Shown: piece after piece, positions 1 through 10,095 of the stretch | Layout of the letters: each line of letters begins with the position of its first letter | Numbering within the stretch: the stretch's first letter is position 1 | Origin: Promethearchaeota archaeon | GTDB taxonomy: Archaea; Asgardarchaeota; Lokiarchaeia; Sigyniarchaeales; SOKP01 | Direction: 5' to 3' | Assembly: GCA_019057865.1 (NCBI GenBank) | Contig: JAHLWP010000006.1 | Coordinates: forward strand, 89,955-153,954 | Length of the DNA stretch: 64,000 nt | Position numbers and translations under genes: made by a program | The notes under the pieces: generated by a model | Databases searched by the model: none | Told to the model about the DNA's origin: nothing | Seen by the model: only the letters and a program-made list of their open reading frames with translations

Positions 1-72
1 TACTTTGTAAAATTTATTCAACTCAATCAAAATTTTCGATTAAAACCTTTTGAATAATTATAGGGAAGAAAA

Positions 73-1020
73 GTGACGTATTGTGAATTTTGTGGGGAGC
101 AGATTAGCTATCTACCATTTACTTGCAAATTTTGTAGGGGAACTTTTTGTAAAAAACATCGTTTACCAGAGAATCATCAATGCACTTTTGAATTAAAACA
201 TGTTCCAGTTGTGCCAACCACTCCAAGAGAATCACAGAAACGTTATCCAGATCTTGCTGTAAAAAAGCCTGCTACTCAAGAATATTTAACTAAAGGTCCT
301 AGAGTATTAAAAAAATACTTAAAACGGCAAGATAAACAAAGAAGGCAAGCAATGAGAAGTCATAGAGAATCGTATAGAGGAGCTCCTCAATATAATTACA
401 CTAAAATATTGTTTGCGATGATTATTCTTTTTTCGATTATTGGTTTAGTTTTTTTATCTAGTGAACGAGCACAATATATGTATTTTAGTTTACCAGGGCT
501 TATCTATAATTATACATATCACACCTTTTTCACAGCGCTTCTCGTAAGTTCTACAGATTTTTTTGGGTTGTTCTTTTTATTCATAATGCTAATTTTTTTA
601 TACTTTATGGCTAGAAGAATTGAATTAAATCATGGGTGGAAGTTTTTAATAAAACTTTATGTTGTATGTTGTTTATTTTCAGCATTATTCTTTGTTTTAT
701 TAAGATTGGCATTAATAAATTATGCTCCTTTAGACATTTATTATAGATGGGAATATTTTGGATTTGCTTGGGGAGGAATATATGGTTTAATTTCCTATTC
801 AATTTTTCCAATAATGAATAAAAAAATTACAGCATTAATGACATTTATTCCATTTAGAATGAGAGGAAGATCCTTTTTATTAATGATAATATTAATAAGA
901 CTAATACCCGGATTATTATTTGCTTTATACTCCCCCATATACTTGTTGTTTTATTTACCTGAATTAGGGGGAATTTTAGGCGCTTATATTATATATAAAT
1001 ATCAATTTAGACGGATATAA
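73..1020 (+). CDS. AN1-type zinc finger fused to a rhomboid-superfamily membrane domain, probably catalytically inactive
   Basis: N-terminal CxxC...CxxC...CxxHRLPENHxC AN1 motif followed by about 6 hydrophobic helices. The rhomboid TM4 ASG motif reads AWG and the TM6 HLGG motif reads ELGG. GTG start. Confidence 0.75.
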   Translation: MTYCEFCGEQISYLPFTCKFCRGTFCKKHRLPENHQCTFELKHVPVVPTTPRESQKRYPDLAVKKPATQEYLTKGPRVLKKYLKRQDKQRRQAMRSHRESYRGAPQYNYTKILFAMIILFSIIGLVFLSSERAQYMYFSLPGLIYNYTYHTFFTALLVSSTDFFGLFFLFIMLIFLYFMARRIELNHGWKFLIKLYVVCCLFSALFFVLLRLALINYAPLDIYYRWEYFGFAWGGIYGLISYSIFPIMNKKITALMTFIPFRMRGRSFLLMIILIRLIPGLLFALYSPIYLLFYLPELGGILGAYIIYKYQFRRI

Positions 1021-1118
1021 AATTATAACTCAGTCGATAATTATAATCCATAAAAATTATCAAGGAATCTACTTTTTTTTCAATAATCTTTTTTAAAAAA
1101 ATATTTCAAATTCTTAAA

Positions 1119-1775
1119 ATGTCTAAAGAGCACAGTTCTAAAATTATTGAGTTAAATGAGGATTTAATTGAAAATAACGATAGGTTAGCTGCACAAAATA
1201 GTAAATTATTAAGAAAGAAAAATATAAGAGCGTTTGACTTTGTGGGTGCTATCGGAGCAGGCAAAACAGCAATTATAGAATCAATTGTAGAAAGAATCTC
1301 AAATGAGTATAAAGTTTTAGTTATAAATGGTGATGTTACTACAAGAATAGATGCCGACAGGATTGAACAGCATGGTGTAAAAACGATCCAAATTAATACT
1401 GGTAGAGAATGTGCCTTAAATTCATATCATATCTCTCAAGTAATAAATCACTATGATTTAAGTGAAATTGACATTTTATTTATTGAAAACGTTGGAAATT
1501 TGATCTGTCCATCTGATTTTATTTTAGGAACAGAAAAAAGAATTATTATCGTATCGATTACTGAGGGTGAATGGGTAATTGAAAAACATCCAATGCTTTT
1601 TAAGATGTCAGATATAGCAGTTATAAATAAAATTGATTTAATAGATGTAATGGATGTAAATATTGAAAAAATGGTTAAGGATGGACTAAAAATTAATCCA
1701 AATCTCAAAATTTTTACTACAAGTGCTACAACTAGTGAGAACATTTCTGAACTTATAAATGCAATTTTAGATTAA
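1119..1775 (+). CDS. hypB: Hydrogenase nickel incorporation GTPase HypB
   Basis: GAIGAGKT, INGD, INTGREC, ENVGNLICP and NKID motifs. Confidence 0.93.
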   Translation: MSKEHSSKIIELNEDLIENNDRLAAQNSKLLRKKNIRAFDFVGAIGAGKTAIIESIVERISNEYKVLVINGDVTTRIDADRIEQHGVKTIQINTGRECALNSYHISQVINHYDLSEIDILFIENVGNLICPSDFILGTEKRIIIVSITEGEWVIEKHPMLFKMSDIAVINKIDLIDVMDVNIEKMVKDGLKINPNLKIFTTSATTSENISELINAILD

Positions 1776-1839
1776 TAGAATTAAGAATAAAAACAAAAGA
1801 AAATAATAATATTATTAAAGAAAAAAGTTCTGGTGTAAA

Positions 1840-2268
1840 ATGGCAATTAGACAATATAATACAGAATTAGGATCATTAATAGATAAGATTGTAAAAGTAT
1901 ATCTTGATAAAGACAAATTCTTTGTCGGTCAATTAAAAGGAATTTCTGATGATTCAAACCTTATCCTTATCAATGCTAAAAATGAAAAAAATAAACCCTT
2001 TCCAAAGATATTTATAAGAAATTCATTTTATAATTTTGTAAGTTTAGAAGAAGAACCTTTCCCTATGAAAGCATTGGCAGACAGAATTGCTACAATTTTT
2101 TCAAAAGGGCATGTGAATTATATTGAAGATCAGAACATAATTTCAATTCTAAATGGAAAGATTATCGTTGATGAAAATGAAGTAAGAGGTACTGGTCCAT
2201 CAGCAGAGCGAGTTAAAAAAATTTTCCAGCAATTTAAAATGGATCTTGAAAGTCCTAATGAGGAATAA
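1840..2268 (+). CDS. Lsm/Sm-like RNA-binding protein with C-terminal extra domain (SmAP3-like)
   Basis: Sm1-like LIDKIVKVYL...GQLKGI...NLILINA and Sm2-like IFIR, followed by a roughly 65-aa C-terminal domain ending GTGPSAERVKKIF. Confidence 0.8.
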   Translation: MAIRQYNTELGSLIDKIVKVYLDKDKFFVGQLKGISDDSNLILINAKNEKNKPFPKIFIRNSFYNFVSLEEEPFPMKALADRIATIFSKGHVNYIEDQNIISILNGKIIVDENEVRGTGPSAERVKKIFQQFKMDLESPNEE

Positions 2269-2303
2269 CTTTCTTTTATTTTTTTAATCTATAATAATTT
2301 ATA

Positions 2304-2795
2304 TTACTCAAAAATTCTTAAGAGATTCTTTAATTGTAGATTTTGGACAATATTCTTCAGTAAAGCTTTTCCTAACGGTGTTACCTTAATGATGCCTAAA
2401 TTCTCAAATTCTCTTATATAATCATTATCAATTAAAAATTTTATATCTGAATTCCAGACTTTGCCAAAAATTTCTTTTAAATCATATATTTTAATATTTT
2501 CATCAACTTCTTTGCTAAGAGCAAGAATTAACGCTAAGGTACCATATTGAGATGGTGTTATATTATCATCTTTCCCATAAGATGTTAATATATAATAATT
2601 TTGATCCAAAAATTTGGATGTGATTAACTCAAATCCTACATTTTTTAAATTCAAATAAACTTTACTAATAATATTTTTGAATTCAAAACTCTTACATAAA
2701 TTCCTTAAATCTTCCTCTCTAATCATTTTTTGTGGATTGGTTAAAATAATTCTTGAAATATTTTGTACTACTTCTTCAATATTGGTTGCTTCCAT
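2304..2795 (-). CDS. Hypothetical tandem winged-helix protein (KITE/ScpB/MukE-like architecture)
   Basis: Two winged-helix-like segments (LKNVGFELI...YYILT and LIDNDYI...IKVTPLGKALL). Last gene of a co-directional cluster. Confidence 0.5.
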   Translation of the reverse strand: MEATNIEEVVQNISRIILTNPQKMIREEDLRNLCKSFEFKNIISKVYLNLKNVGFELITSKFLDQNYYILTSYGKDDNITPSQYGTLALILALSKEVDENIKIYDLKEIFGKVWNSDIKFLIDNDYIREFENLGIIKVTPLGKALLKNIVQNLQLKNLLRIFE

Positions 2796-2806
2796 AATTT
2801 AATTTA

Positions 2807-4441
2807 TCAACTCTCTTCAATATTTATAACTCTTAAATTTTCAATTTTTTTTTTCATTTCCAAATTCGAAATAATAAAAACCAAATTAGTTGTTGTTAGA
2901 TTTTCTTCACTTTCAAATACAGGTAATATTTTTCTAATTGTTCTATAAATTGAAAGCTTGTTATATTGACTTAGTAAAAATACATTTGAGAAGACAATTG
3001 TTTCAATTTTTAGAATGATTTTAATTGAGATATATAAAATTATAACAAAAAAAATTTTTTCAGGAGTGGTTAATTCCTCAAACTTTATATGTTCTTCATT
3101 ATTACGCATAAAATTTAATTGAACAAAAAAAAAATTATTTTCATTATTGATCGTTATTTGTAATTGAGATTCTATATTGATTTTAGCTAAAAATTTATTG
3201 AGTAGTTCTTCAAGTTCATTAAGTAGGGTTTCAAATTTTCTAAATCTTTCAAAGATCTCTAACATTTCATTTTGATCATATTTAATAATGAGTTCTTCTC
3301 TTTTTAATTTTAAAAGCTCTTCAAATTCTAGTAATTTTTTAGTAATTAGAGAAAAATTCTCTGGATTCTCTGGATCTATTTGATTATTTAAATTTAAGAT
3401 TTCACTTAATTCAGCGTTTAGATTTTCAATTTCTTCTTCGATTTCATTAGTTAATCTTATAGATTGAACATTTTTGATGTTAAGATCTTCATCAGAAATA
3501 TCTTCATATTCTTTTATTTTTTCTTTATATTCATCTTTTAGGTTATTTATTTTATAGTGATCATTTTCAATTATATCTAAAAGATTTTGATAGTCTTTTT
3601 CAAATATTTCATATCGGGGATATAATTCTTCAAATTTTAAACTAGTTTCATGTAATTTTGTTTTAATTTCATTAATCTCGTATTGAATCTTTTTAGCTTT
3701 TTTCTGAAGGGCTTGGATTTTTTCTGCATTTGTTAAATTTTCATCGAATTCTATTGTTAATTTTAAATCATCTTTCTTTTCCTTTTTTACTCCTTCCATT
3801 TGTCTTGTTATACTATTAATCTGATTAAAACATTCTTTCTTTTGTTTATTTAAATTCTGGATTTTTAAATTATAATCATCTAATGTTTTCTTAACTTGAT
3901 CAATCCGATTTTTATGTTGTAGAAAGTCTTCTTCCAAATATTTCAATTTATTTTTGTTATTTATTAGTGATTCATTTAGTTTTTCTATTAAATTTGAAAT
4001 AGCAGTTAATTTACTTGATCGTTTACTAGCTTCTGATAATTTTAATTCTTTTAATAGTATCTTCTTTTTTTTAAGAAGTAGATTAAATTCAAAAGTATGA
4101 ATTATAGACTGAATCAGTTTATTATATTGAGAAAAAATTTCAATATTATTATTAATTGTTCTATGAAATTCTCCCAAGTAGTCTAATAGCTTTGGAGCTT
4201 TACTTAATTCAGAAAAATTTTTCGCTTGATTTTGAAAAATTTCAATAAATTCATCAATTGGAATTAAATCATAATTTTTGGAAATTTTCAAATAACGTTC
4301 ATCTTGAAACTGAGCTAATAAATTTTTTTTGAATTTTCCAAGGATTAAAGTAAATCTATCAGTAATCACAATTTCTTTTTCGCCAATGGAAATTTTCAAA
4401 TTATTTAATTGAATTATAGATTCAGCTCTATTTTTTTTCAA
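2807..4441 (-). CDS. SMC/Rad50-like coiled-coil protein with a degenerate ABC-ATPase head
   Basis: N-terminal QLNNLK...FTLILGKFKK resembles the SMC N-head but lacks the P-loop. Long central coiled coil. C-terminal ELTTPEKIFFVIILYISI...IVFSNVF sits where LSGGEK and Walker B (hhhDE) are expected. Confidence 0.6.
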   Translation of the reverse strand: MKKNRAESIIQLNNLKISIGEKEIVITDRFTLILGKFKKNLLAQFQDERYLKISKNYDLIPIDEFIEIFQNQAKNFSELSKAPKLLDYLGEFHRTINNNIEIFSQYNKLIQSIIHTFEFNLLLKKKKILLKELKLSEASKRSSKLTAISNLIEKLNESLINNKNKLKYLEEDFLQHKNRIDQVKKTLDDYNLKIQNLNKQKKECFNQINSITRQMEGVKKEKKDDLKLTIEFDENLTNAEKIQALQKKAKKIQYEINEIKTKLHETSLKFEELYPRYEIFEKDYQNLLDIIENDHYKINNLKDEYKEKIKEYEDISDEDLNIKNVQSIRLTNEIEEEIENLNAELSEILNLNNQIDPENPENFSLITKKLLEFEELLKLKREELIIKYDQNEMLEIFERFRKFETLLNELEELLNKFLAKINIESQLQITINNENNFFFVQLNFMRNNEEHIKFEELTTPEKIFFVIILYISIKIILKIETIVFSNVFLLSQYNKLSIYRTIRKILPVFESEENLTTTNLVFIISNLEMKKKIENLRVINIEES

Positions 4442-5468
4442 AATGGTCTTTAAATTTTTTGTATTCTTTTTCTTTTCTTTTTTTTCTTTCTCTTATTAAA
4501 TCGAGTGGATCTTGTTCATCATCTTTTGGAATCATATAGTCATCTTTGAATCTCTTTTCAAACTTAGATTTAAATTTATTAATTTTTTCAGATATTTCAT
4601 CACTAATTTCTAAAGGCTTTTTTTCTTCAACTTCTAGAACAATATCAGATAATTTCTCCCTTTTTTTTTTACGTCTTCTTCTTTCGAATTCCGTGTCAGA
4701 ATATTTAAAGTATTCTTCATACGTCTCTTTTTGCTCTTCTTGCTTCTTTTTTAATTTTTTTAATTCTTCTTTATCTCTAGCCTTTTTAATAATTTCTTCC
4801 TTTGCTATTAATTCTTGTTTGGTTAATTGAGTTTCGGTTTCTTTTAAGAATTCCTTGAAATTTAAATTAGGATTTTCCATAAAAAATCTTTCGAACTCTT
4901 TTACTAATAATGTGGCAGTATTATTAGGAATTTTACTTAATTCTATTTTAAGTTTCTTTTGAATTAAATCACTATAAAATGAATTAACATTATTTATTAC
5001 ATCTAAAAACAAAGAATTTTGTTTCAAAGAATCTACTAATTCTAACCATTGGTTTAATTCAACTGAAGGGATGAAAGAAGGTTCATCAATGACTCTACTA
5101 ATCGTTTTATTTTCTATAAGAAATAAGCCAATTTTCTTAGTATTATCTTCATTTATTTTTAATTTCCTTAAGTTTTCTTTGAAGAGATCTTTATACTTTT
5201 TAATTAAGTTATCTTGGAAGTCTAAAAATTTTATAATGTTATTATTTGAAATCTTAATTAATTTAGCATTTAAGTTATTTAATAAATTAGTAGTATCTTC
5301 TATTTGCTCAAGAAATTCTTTATTAGAAAATTGTTTAATTAGAAATTGTTTATTTTGTATAACTCTTTTTGAAATTTCATTTAACTGATTAATCTCACTT
5401 TGAAGTTCTTCTATTGGAGAAGTTAATTCCTTAATTTTTCCAAGGTTGAATATTTGGTTTTTTATCAT
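4428..5468 (-). CDS. Hypothetical coiled-coil protein with highly charged C-terminus
   Basis: 346-aa ORF, heptad-rich, overlapping the SMC-like gene by 14 nt. Confidence 0.7.
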   Translation of the reverse strand: MIKNQIFNLGKIKELTSPIEELQSEINQLNEISKRVIQNKQFLIKQFSNKEFLEQIEDTTNLLNNLNAKLIKISNNNIIKFLDFQDNLIKKYKDLFKENLRKLKINEDNTKKIGLFLIENKTISRVIDEPSFIPSVELNQWLELVDSLKQNSLFLDVINNVNSFYSDLIQKKLKIELSKIPNNTATLLVKEFERFFMENPNLNFKEFLKETETQLTKQELIAKEEIIKKARDKEELKKLKKKQEEQKETYEEYFKYSDTEFERRRRKKKREKLSDIVLEVEEKKPLEISDEISEKINKFKSKFEKRFKDDYMIPKDDEQDPLDLIRERKKRKEKEYKKFKDHFEKK

Positions 5469-5494
5469 TTTTAAAGAAAAATATTATTAGAATT

Positions 5495-6604
5495 TTAAAT
5501 TTCTGGTGGACTTGGTAAATCTCTTCTTTTTTCCTTATATTTTTCTGATCTATTATAATACCTTTTTGTATTACTTAATAGATCCTGCCTTTCAACATGA
5601 TTTGCAGTGCCTCCGACTAATTTTAAAGAATCATAAAAAAGATCATAAGTTAAAAGCTCTGTATTTATTGCCTTTAATATTGCAACTCTAGTACCTCTTT
5701 CAATATCAGATCCAGAATATCCATATGTTAATTCTAAAAGTCCATCTTTCTTTCCTTTTTTATTTATTGCATCCCATAATATATTATTATCAAATTCAGA
5801 AATTTTATGACCTAATTTGACTTCCAAATCTTTAGTTATTGCTTGAATTTTGTTGAACTCATTGTTTAAATTTGTGAAAATATTATTATCAATGCCTATT
5901 TTTGCTTGTTTTAATTTATTAAGAAATGATTCAATAATTTGTTTCCTTAAATAATAATCGGGGAAATCAAATTTAAAATGAAATGTAAAACGCCGCCAAA
6001 TTGCTGAATCTAATTGATGCTGATGATTAGTTGCTCCAAATATAGCTAATGGAACTCCCTCATAATTTATTTTATCAATAACTTGTAAGAAAGAAATAAC
6101 AGCACGTTTTATTTCTCCTACTTCATGAATATTAGATCTTTCAGAACCAATTGCATCAATTTCATCAAAAAATAATATGAAAGCACCTCTTTCTTTTGAA
6201 ATATCAGCTGCTAGCTCAACAACCCTTCGGATATTTTTTATAGTATCTCCTAATAAGGGTGATACTAATCTGTCAGATTCAACTACACAAATAGGTATAT
6301 TGTATTTCTTAGCAAATCCTCTTGTTAATGATGTTTTCCCCGTACCTGGTGGACCATATAAAAGAACTGTTAAATTAGGATTTAATTTTGTATTTTTTAG
6401 CTGTTCTGTAAATTCATTATATTTTTTAAGGGCTTTAAAAAAATCCTCTAAAATTTCTTTTTTAACTTCATTTCCCTTAATATCATCAATAAATTCCTTT
6501 ATATCTGAAGGAAAATAGACAGCACCATATTTACCAATCCGCTCTTTAATAATATCTTCAGTATAAGTTTCTTTTTTTTCTGATTCATCTTTTTTCTTAC
6601 TAAT
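5495..6604 (-). CDS. AAA+ ATPase (369 aa; the ORF track gives only the last 110 aa), probable ATT start
   Basis: The reading frame is open from 6604 to the stop at 5495. It has Walker A YGPPGTGKT, Walker B FFDEIDAIG, sensor GATN and arginine finger LDSAIWRRF. There is no in-frame ATG/GTG/TTG before 5827. An SD-like GGAGATGA lies 6 nt before the ATT at 6604. Confidence 0.88.
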   Translation of the reverse strand: MSKKKDESEKKETYTEDIIKERIGKYGAVYFPSDIKEFIDDIKGNEVKKEILEDFFKALKKYNEFTEQLKNTKLNPNLTVLLYGPPGTGKTSLTRGFAKKYNIPICVVESDRLVSPLLGDTIKNIRRVVELAADISKERGAFILFFDEIDAIGSERSNIHEVGEIKRAVISFLQVIDKINYEGVPLAIFGATNHQHQLDSAIWRRFTFHFKFDFPDYYLRKQIIESFLNKLKQAKIGIDNNIFTNLNNEFNKIQAITKDLEVKLGHKISEFDNNILWDAINKKGKKDGLLELTYGYSGSDIERGTRVAILKAINTELLTYDLFYDSLKLVGGTANHVERQDLLSNTKRYYNRSEKYKEKRRDLPSPPEI

Positions 6605-6630
6605 TTTTCATCATCTCCAATATTTGTATA

Positions 6631-7938
6631 TTATTTATTTTTTCTTTTATTATCAAATTTTTCACAATAATTTGCAATTTCATTAATAAAATCTTTAAGA
6701 TTATCAATTTGAGATCCAATAAAATTAAAGATTTCTTTTCTATACTGAGGAGAATCTCTGATTTTCATCTTATCCAAACTTAAATAATTAGGGAAGCATA
6801 TAAGTTTCATTAAATAAGGAAGAACTTTCTCATTAGTTTGTAAATCTTTAAAAATGGCATAAAATATGTTTTCATCAGACAATTTCCACTTTAAAAGACC
6901 CATATACATCAAAAATGCAAAATTCATTGAAATCCAATTTATTAATTCTTTTGATAAAAATCCTCGTCTTTGTGAAGCAAAAGCTAAATAATACAAAATC
7001 AAAGTTTCATTGCTAAATTGGGGATTTAATCTTATTGATCCATCAGATTGCTTATTTTCACGTAAGAATTTATTATCTAATAAGATTTGCACAAAATTTT
7101 CTTGAGGCGCTAAGAATATTCCATCGATCTCACGTAAACCTATACGTTCAGCAATTTTTTCTAGAGCTTCTTCTTCTGGATTTGCAATTGAATCGATATA
7201 TGGCAAAAATACAGTAGTCTTTAAAATCATTGGAAGTTCATAATTTTTTCTTTCAGGAAATTCTCCAAAATTTGGATCCAAATTATATAATGATGTAATA
7301 TTATTCATTATTTGATAAATTTTTGGAGACATTCCTGGAATCTCAAAAAAATCAGTATTTTCTAATTTTTCTCGATAATATGTATGAGGTTGAAGTAAAT
7401 GTCGTTGGCATTCATAAAATGTTGGAGCATATTCCAATAACGCCTCATAAATGATTTTTATATTAGTACCTCTTGGAAATAGTCTTTCTTCTATAAATTT
7501 CACTAAAAGATAAAGATACGTATTCTCTATATTAATTTCGTCTGGATTTGTAATATATCGTAATATATTTAAGGCATCAACCGATTCCTGAAGAAATTCA
7601 ACAATATAATCTTTAATATCTATAATGGGAATATTTTCTCTATATTTAATAATAAAATCCTTTATTATTTCATATATATTTGATCTATACATTGCAGAGA
7701 ATTCAGAGAGTGCTCTAACTTTGCGAATATTTCTTTTTTCTTCTTCTTGTCGAATCTTATCTAAAATTTCTGTATCTAGTAAAAGATCTGCGTCTAAATC
7801 AATAATTATCCTTCTTGTCTCCCTAAGAATTGGACGCATATGACTTATAAATGTTAAATATCGTGGTAAAATATCAGTCCATTTCTCCCTTTTTCGTCCA
7901 GGCTTGGTTATTCTTGTAGAACTCCTTTTATAACTCAT
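6631..7938 (-). CDS. Hypothetical protein, mostly alpha-helical
   Basis: 435-aa ORF tightly packed in the operon; no motif recognised. Confidence 0.75.
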   Translation of the reverse strand: MSYKRSSTRITKPGRKREKWTDILPRYLTFISHMRPILRETRRIIIDLDADLLLDTEILDKIRQEEEKRNIRKVRALSEFSAMYRSNIYEIIKDFIIKYRENIPIIDIKDYIVEFLQESVDALNILRYITNPDEINIENTYLYLLVKFIEERLFPRGTNIKIIYEALLEYAPTFYECQRHLLQPHTYYREKLENTDFFEIPGMSPKIYQIMNNITSLYNLDPNFGEFPERKNYELPMILKTTVFLPYIDSIANPEEEALEKIAERIGLREIDGIFLAPQENFVQILLDNKFLRENKQSDGSIRLNPQFSNETLILYYLAFASQRRGFLSKELINWISMNFAFLMYMGLLKWKLSDENIFYAIFKDLQTNEKVLPYLMKLICFPNYLSLDKMKIRDSPQYRKEIFNFIGSQIDNLKDFINEIANYCEKFDNKRKNK

Positions 7939-7959
7939 TTTTTAACACATTGATTTTTC

Positions 7960-9099
7960 TTATTCTTCTTCATATCCAACTAATATTTCAGTAAAAATGT
8001 TAGAGATCTCAATAAAAATGGGAATCTCCACCCTACATAAGTTACCAAGTATCCATTTATTAACATCCTTTAATAAGAAACGAATTTGGTTATGGATTTT
8101 TTTGTTAATTTCAGAATCAATTATATGAGAAAGCCATAATCCCCCACCTATTCTATATGCAATTATTTTGATTAGAGGTTCGAATAAATATTCTAATACT
8201 TGTTTCATCATCCAAGATTTCGGTATAACACTCATGCTTTTATTATCAAAATTTGGATCATTTAAAATGGGATTTGTTTCATCTATTGATAGTTTTGGCA
8301 GGAAGCTTAATAATAAAATTAAGGCTAGTATAGCAGAAATTCCATTTATTGTATAAGATCCTCCAATTTTTTCAATATCATCTCGGTTTATAGCTACATT
8401 TGCTAAAAACATGCAAATAAAAACATTTCTATCAAATAGTTCAGACACATAAGCATATCCTAAGTCTTGGTCAACGATTAAATATTTTTCTTCTAGAATT
8501 TTAATTATATCATCCGGAAATGTATAAAAAGTATAAACTTTTTCTTCACTTCTTCTTATATCCTTTTCAATGACAAGTTCTTTTGAAATGAGCCCAAACA
8601 TATCAATGAGCTCTTCAAGTTGATTTTTTATATAGTGTTTAGGTTTATTTGGATCACCAAACATCGCAAAAAATTGATGATCTACAATATGAAAATCGTT
8701 TCTTTTGCTAAACGCCTCAACAATCCTATCAATTATGGGTCCTTGGGTCCCAGAAGCAATTGCTTTTGCTTTTGAAGTTACAAACCCGTTCAATAATTCA
8801 TTTATAATAAAATCTTGCTCATGAGTTCTAGATTTCAAAACTTTTTCAAATGCTTCTGAAAAATTTTTGGTATTAGGAAAGAATGCATTTTGTATTTTAT
8901 CATTAATAGACTTTGAAAAGATTTCACCATTATTCTTAGGAAAATGGAGTTGCATATTATTTAGTCTTTGAATTAGCGCCTCTTTTGCTCCCGGAATATT
9001 TTCAATATCTCTTTTTTCCAATTCTTCAATAGCTTTTTCAACTCCTTTTTCAAATTCCTGCAATAATTCTTTCCATATAGCATTCTGAATTTCAGTCAT
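7960..9099 (-). CDS. Hypothetical protein, possible central winged helix
   Basis: 379-aa ORF with a GAGGT SD upstream; no family recognised. Confidence 0.75.
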   Translation of the reverse strand: MTEIQNAIWKELLQEFEKGVEKAIEELEKRDIENIPGAKEALIQRLNNMQLHFPKNNGEIFSKSINDKIQNAFFPNTKNFSEAFEKVLKSRTHEQDFIINELLNGFVTSKAKAIASGTQGPIIDRIVEAFSKRNDFHIVDHQFFAMFGDPNKPKHYIKNQLEELIDMFGLISKELVIEKDIRRSEEKVYTFYTFPDDIIKILEEKYLIVDQDLGYAYVSELFDRNVFICMFLANVAINRDDIEKIGGSYTINGISAILALILLLSFLPKLSIDETNPILNDPNFDNKSMSVIPKSWMMKQVLEYLFEPLIKIIAYRIGGGLWLSHIIDSEINKKIHNQIRFLLKDVNKWILGNLCRVEIPIFIEISNIFTEILVGYEEE

Positions 9100-9115
9100 T
9101 TATTCTTTAATACCT

Positions 9116-10093
9116 CTACCTTCTTTCATTTGTTATATTCCAATTTAGTTCTACTGATATTTTCTTTAAAGCCTCTATTAATGGAGAAACTGACTTTTTA
9201 TCATAAAAATTTGGTGATGAAACTCCCTTTTGTGCTTTCCAACCCATTTGAGTTCCCTCGCCCATTTCTCTTTGTCCATATTTCAAAATATTGCTAAGAT
9301 CTCGTATCCACCAATAAAACCTTAACCATTTTTTATTTGGATTATCTTTAGAATAGATAACTGCTAATGCTTTCCATTCACCCATCAGCCATTTTACAGT
9401 TATACCGCTCACGGGCATATAAAAATTTATTGGAAAATCTGCTTGAAAGCGTAGATCGAGATCTGAAGGTGTTATGTTGAATATTGGTTGATTATATCCT
9501 TCTAGAATAACAATTTCTCCACAATGTTGACATTCATAATGAGATTTCCTTTTTTCCATTTTTTTTTGACATCTTGGACATGTTTTATTTTCAATTATCC
9601 TATATTTAATAATTTCCAATTGTTTCTCCTTTTCTAATTCTTCTTCTGTTTTAGGTCGTCGTTTTCCATATTTTCCTGTCCAATTCCATAACTCATCAAA
9701 TGATTCATCAAATTTTTCTAAAGAATTAATAAGATTGTTAAGAACATCCTTATCATAAATTTTAAACATTCCAGCATGTTGATAGGTTTTCCACCAAGAT
9801 AATCTAATATATTTCTCATTTTTCAAATAAGCACTATGACAAATCAATACTGCAAATGCCTGATTTTCTGTTTTATTTAAAAGAATACCTTTCTCACATA
9901 TCTCATATCTTCGATCTAAACTCAAATTTTTATGAAAATAATCTCCGTTCTGAATTTCACCCTTTTCAATTTTCATTTCCTCCACTAATTCAGCTATAAC
10001 GTCTTTTTCTTTAATAATCTTTCTACATTGAGGGCATTGATAAATGCCTGCAACTAATAATTCCATTTCAATATTACATGAAGGACATTTCAA
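9116..10093 (-). CDS. Protein with two tandem (zinc ribbon + PC4-like beta-sheet domain) units
   Basis: CPSC...YQCPQC and CPRC...YECQHC ribbons, each followed by a similar module (KYIRLSWW...IYDKDVLNNLINSLEK and KWLRFYWW...FYDKKSVSPLIEALKK). TTG start. Confidence 0.6.
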   Translation of the reverse strand: MKCPSCNIEMELLVAGIYQCPQCRKIIKEKDVIAELVEEMKIEKGEIQNGDYFHKNLSLDRRYEICEKGILLNKTENQAFAVLICHSAYLKNEKYIRLSWWKTYQHAGMFKIYDKDVLNNLINSLEKFDESFDELWNWTGKYGKRRPKTEEELEKEKQLEIIKYRIIENKTCPRCQKKMEKRKSHYECQHCGEIVILEGYNQPIFNITPSDLDLRFQADFPINFYMPVSGITVKWLMGEWKALAVIYSKDNPNKKWLRFYWWIRDLSNILKYGQREMGEGTQMGWKAQKGVSSPNFYDKKSVSPLIEALKKISVELNWNITNERR

Positions 10094-10095
10094 AT

